Shown piece after piece: positions 60,998 to 64,000 of a stretch of 64,000 nucleotides of DNA. The notes under the pieces were generated by a model. It was not told the DNA's origin and ran no database searches. It was given only the letters and a program-made list of their open reading frames with translations. How positions within the stretch are numbered: the stretch's first letter is position 1; each line of letters opens with the position of its first letter. The translations under genes and the position numbers were made by a program. The stretch is from contig OZ024741.1 of assembly GCA_964016885.1 (NCBI GenBank), positions 16,430,001 through 16,494,000 of the forward strand, in the 5' to 3' direction. The DNA comes from Eledone cirrhosa (taxonomy: Eukaryota).

Positions 60998-61764
60998 TGT
61001 CTATGTCGACGTCGCAGAACTCCACCTCACTCTCAATGATCATCTCCACACATCTTTTCACAGCAAAATCAATGTTAATGGATGGGTACAGTGACACCAC
61101 ATCCATGCTGCCTATTATGCAGTTGGATAGGTTCCTGTTTTTGTTGCACTCACTGATTCTGCTGAGGAGGTCCTCTGTACTGTCACATACATCTGGGGAC
61201 ATCTTGATTATGGGGCGTATAACCATTGAGAGGAAGTTGGTGGTCCTGTTGTCGGGTCGTCGACTGTCTTGTGGTCTTTGCGGAGGCCATACAAGGGTGG
61301 TATGCCATTGTTAGACGCCTGGAAGTTGTTGGCAGTGCGTCTGCTTGGCTTTAGGATGTCAGTCCACATCATCATGTGAGCGTTGAGGATTTTCTCTCTC
61401 CCATCGTGTGTTTGTTGTGCAATTTCGCTCGTGTTGGTGATGTGGGGTTGCATAGCCTTGATGTAGTTCGGCATGCTATCTATTGACATGCTACCAGACT
61501 TATCCGTGGGTAGACATACTATCTCACCATCCCTTGTGCGCTGCTTGAGGCTAACCAAGCCTTCTACAGGTTTCCTCCTAAGTTGTTGGGCCTCTGGTCT
61601 GCTCTGTCTCTTAGTATACCTGTCTACTATTTGTCTAATCTTATTTCTAGCTATGAAAATTTACATTGAGCCTTTTCTCCTACCGGGAACTGGCTAGTAC
61701 TTAGTACTACCATCCATATTTATAATCATATGTATATATATATATGTATATATATATGTATATA

Positions 61765-63655
61765 TGAAGGAGGTGAGTTTTATTGTAGTACAATAAAGCA
61801 ATGCAGATATCGGATAAGAAGCACTCTACAGTTTGTAGGACTGGAGTATACATAATATATAAGATCAAAAGATGGTTAAAAGAATTCCATGTATTTTATT
61901 ATGCGCATTTCAAAAACAAATATCATCATGCAATAACATTTGTGTTTTCATCAGATAAAATAGGAAGACATGATATGAAGGTTAAAAACACTTGTGGATA
62001 GTGCAGTTTTAAATCAACATATGAAAAGTAGTTTTAGATTGATGTGTGATATTGAGGAATATTTTTTTTTTTTGAGGGGGTGGGTGGAAAGGATGAAAAA
62101 GAGGAGGAGATGAGAGTAAAAAGTGGAGGGGGAGGAGTATAATGAGGAAGGATGAGATAGGAGGAGAGATGGGTGATAGAGAGAGAGAGATAGAGAGAGA
62201 GAGATAGCTTTTATAACTGAGAAAAATATATTGTTTTACATAGAGAGGTTGAAAAACCGTTGGAAGATAATGTATAAATTAAAAGAATTTGAAAATTAAC
62301 GAAGAGAAAAATAATGTAAAGTTAAGGTTTGTATATTGAAGGGTTTAATAATATGTGCGATGAAAAGAAATTGTTAATATGTATTAAGAATAATATTTAA
62401 GGGTTTAATAATATGTGTGGTGGAAAGAAAATGTTAATATGTATTAAGAATAATATTTAAGGGTTTAATAATATGTGCGATGGAAAGAAAATGTTGATAT
62501 GTATTATTAAAAAAAAAAAAGTAATGTAAGTAAGGATATATTGTGAGATGAGCATGAATAAGTTAGATGAAAGGGAGAAAAAAATAATGAATAGAGGATG
62601 AATAATCTAACGTAAAAAAAAATGTTTATGTTTACGAAGGATTTTTTTCAAGGTGATATAAAGTAAGAATATATTGTATTGTGTAATAATTGTTTCTATG
62701 TTAGGCACAGTGAGAAAAGGTACAGATTAGGGGTTAGAAATTAAAAGAAAAAGAAAAGAAAAGGAGAAGGAAGAAAGGGAAGTGATAAATAGGAGTGATA
62801 TAGAATGAGTAACAAGTATTATATAATGTATAATAAATAACTTTGAAATAAGGTAGAAAGATGGGTATTTTTTAAAGAAGTATATATATATATATATGTG
62901 CCTTTGAGAAAAGGATTCTGAATTGATAAAGTTTAGGATATTAGCTGTATACTTTATGGAATGTTCTGTGGAATTTATGCAAGCAGAGAGAAAACAAGTC
63001 AGTGCGTCTATTTATTATAGAATCTAAATTAGATATAATGGTAAATTTTTCATTTAGACAGAGATTGCAAGTCTTGGATAGAGAACTGTTCAAGTATGAA
63101 GAAGCAGAAGAAACCTTTTTCCAAGAGATGTTATATTTAATATTTTTGTCTTTCAAGGACCATATGAGTTCTGAGAGAGCCGTGTTGGTTCTTTTAAGTT
63201 GGTATTTAAAAGACGAATGATCATTATAAAGACGAGCTTTAAAGGAGGTGGAAGTGGAGCCAAAATAGGTGAAGGAATTGGTGTCAGTTATAACTTTACA
63301 TTCGTAGATTAAGTTTTTATCAAGACAATGGTTGTTGAGAGGACATTTATTTTTAGCAGGGCAATTGCAATTGCGATTAGAGAGATTATTAACGAGTGAC
63401 CTAGTGTTATCTATAGAAGGAATTGGATTGGAGAAGTTATTTGCGATAGGAATAATAGTTTCTTGATTTAGAATGGGATTAAGAACATTTAGCGAAGTTG
63501 TGTTTGACGTTGTATTTGGGTTTGCAGAAATTAGCCTAGAGTTTACAATGACGTCGGGAGTACTATTACTATTATTATGATATTCAGTGTTGGAAGGAAG
63601 AGATTTAGTATTTAGTAATTTAGTATTTTATTGTTGTGTTTAGAGATAATGTTGG
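61765..63655 (-). mobile_element. Third PLE fragment (Asn-rich linker, GIY-YIG, long 3' UTR)
   Basis: CNCPAKNKCPLNNHCLDKNLIYECKV..TYFGSTSTSFKARLY..TALSELIWSLKD..CNLCLNEK..CLHK at ~62941-63375. The extent of the UTR is uncertain. Confidence 0.8.
62339..62505. repeat. 60 bp tandem repeat, ~2.8 copies
   Basis: GGGTTTAATAATATGTG at 62341, 62401 and 62461. Confidence 0.9.
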
Positions 63656-63797
63656 AAGTGTGTGTGTGTATGCATATATATGTGTGTGTATGTATATATG
63701 TGTGTATGTATATATATATATATATATATACGTTATTCCGGGTTGAATCGGAGGTAACCACAGTAAGTAAGGTACTCAATACATAGCAGAGTATAAC

Positions 63798-63846
63798 AGT
63801 TTTAATATAGATGAGATTCTACAGAATCTCATCTATATTAAAACTA
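63798..63846. repeat. Perfect hairpin in a (TA)n insert
   Basis: AGTTTTAATATAGATGAGATTCT-ac-AGAATCTCATCTATATTAAAACT. Confidence 0.85.
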
Positions 63847-63943
63847 TATATATATATATATATATGAAGATAAATTAACGGTGCCATAGAGTCGCGTTAT
63901 TCCCTGTAAATTATGTGCTCAAAGGGAAAGGAATCCTATACAT

Positions 63944-63981
<38 letters not shown>

Positions 63982-64000
63982 TGTATATATATATGTATAT

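Larger units (their letters stand above)
59040..61650 (-). mobile_element. Penelope-like retroelement, 5'-truncated and frameshifted
   Basis: PTDKSG, PPLYGLRKDHK, RPI, SMDVVSLYPSI, YTQNEGAAIG, YSRYVDD, LPVLD, C-terminal GIY-YIG (VVYSIRC..YIGETSRSIGER..H), and a 3' UTR with a hammerhead-like motif. Confidence 0.92.

Noticed and set aside
61660-61700. Helitron 3' end (ACCGGGAACTGGCTAGT)
   Set aside because: There is only a short CTAG-T motif with a weak hairpin, which is insufficient support.
61802-61836. Possible hammerhead at the 3' end of the third PLE (CTGTAGAG..CGATATC on minus)
   Set aside because: Two core mismatches and no convincing stems.

Overview
AT-rich, repeat-dominated eukaryotic (animal) DNA with no prokaryotic features. 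The tRNA-derived SINEs, RTE LINEs and (TA)n microsatellites resemble those I recall from octopus/cephalopod genomes; this is an inference, not a database result. About 40% of the window is tandem repeat: a ~14 kb 21-23 bp GA-rich satellite, an ~8.6 kb 64/68 bp array, and 37, 36 and 35 bp minisatellites. The rest is mostly decayed mobile elements: three Penelope-like elements (PLEs), RTE, R4/Dong-type, CRE-type and L1/Tx1-type LINE pieces, hAT, Helitron, pogo/mariner and TTAA MITE remnants, and many SINEs. The most striking signal is a set of fold-back (palindromic) inserts sitting in (TA)n tracts, two of which carry minimal type I hammerhead ribozymes; similar ribozymes lie at PLE 3' ends. One is an inverted array of ~470 bp tandem units (retrozyme-like), and another has a compensatory U3-A8 core variant. 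Other points of note are minisatellites that appear to have arisen inside decayed coding sequence, a tRNA-like gene next to a long inverted repeat, and weak evidence for host exons on the minus strand. No intact host gene can be called with confidence.
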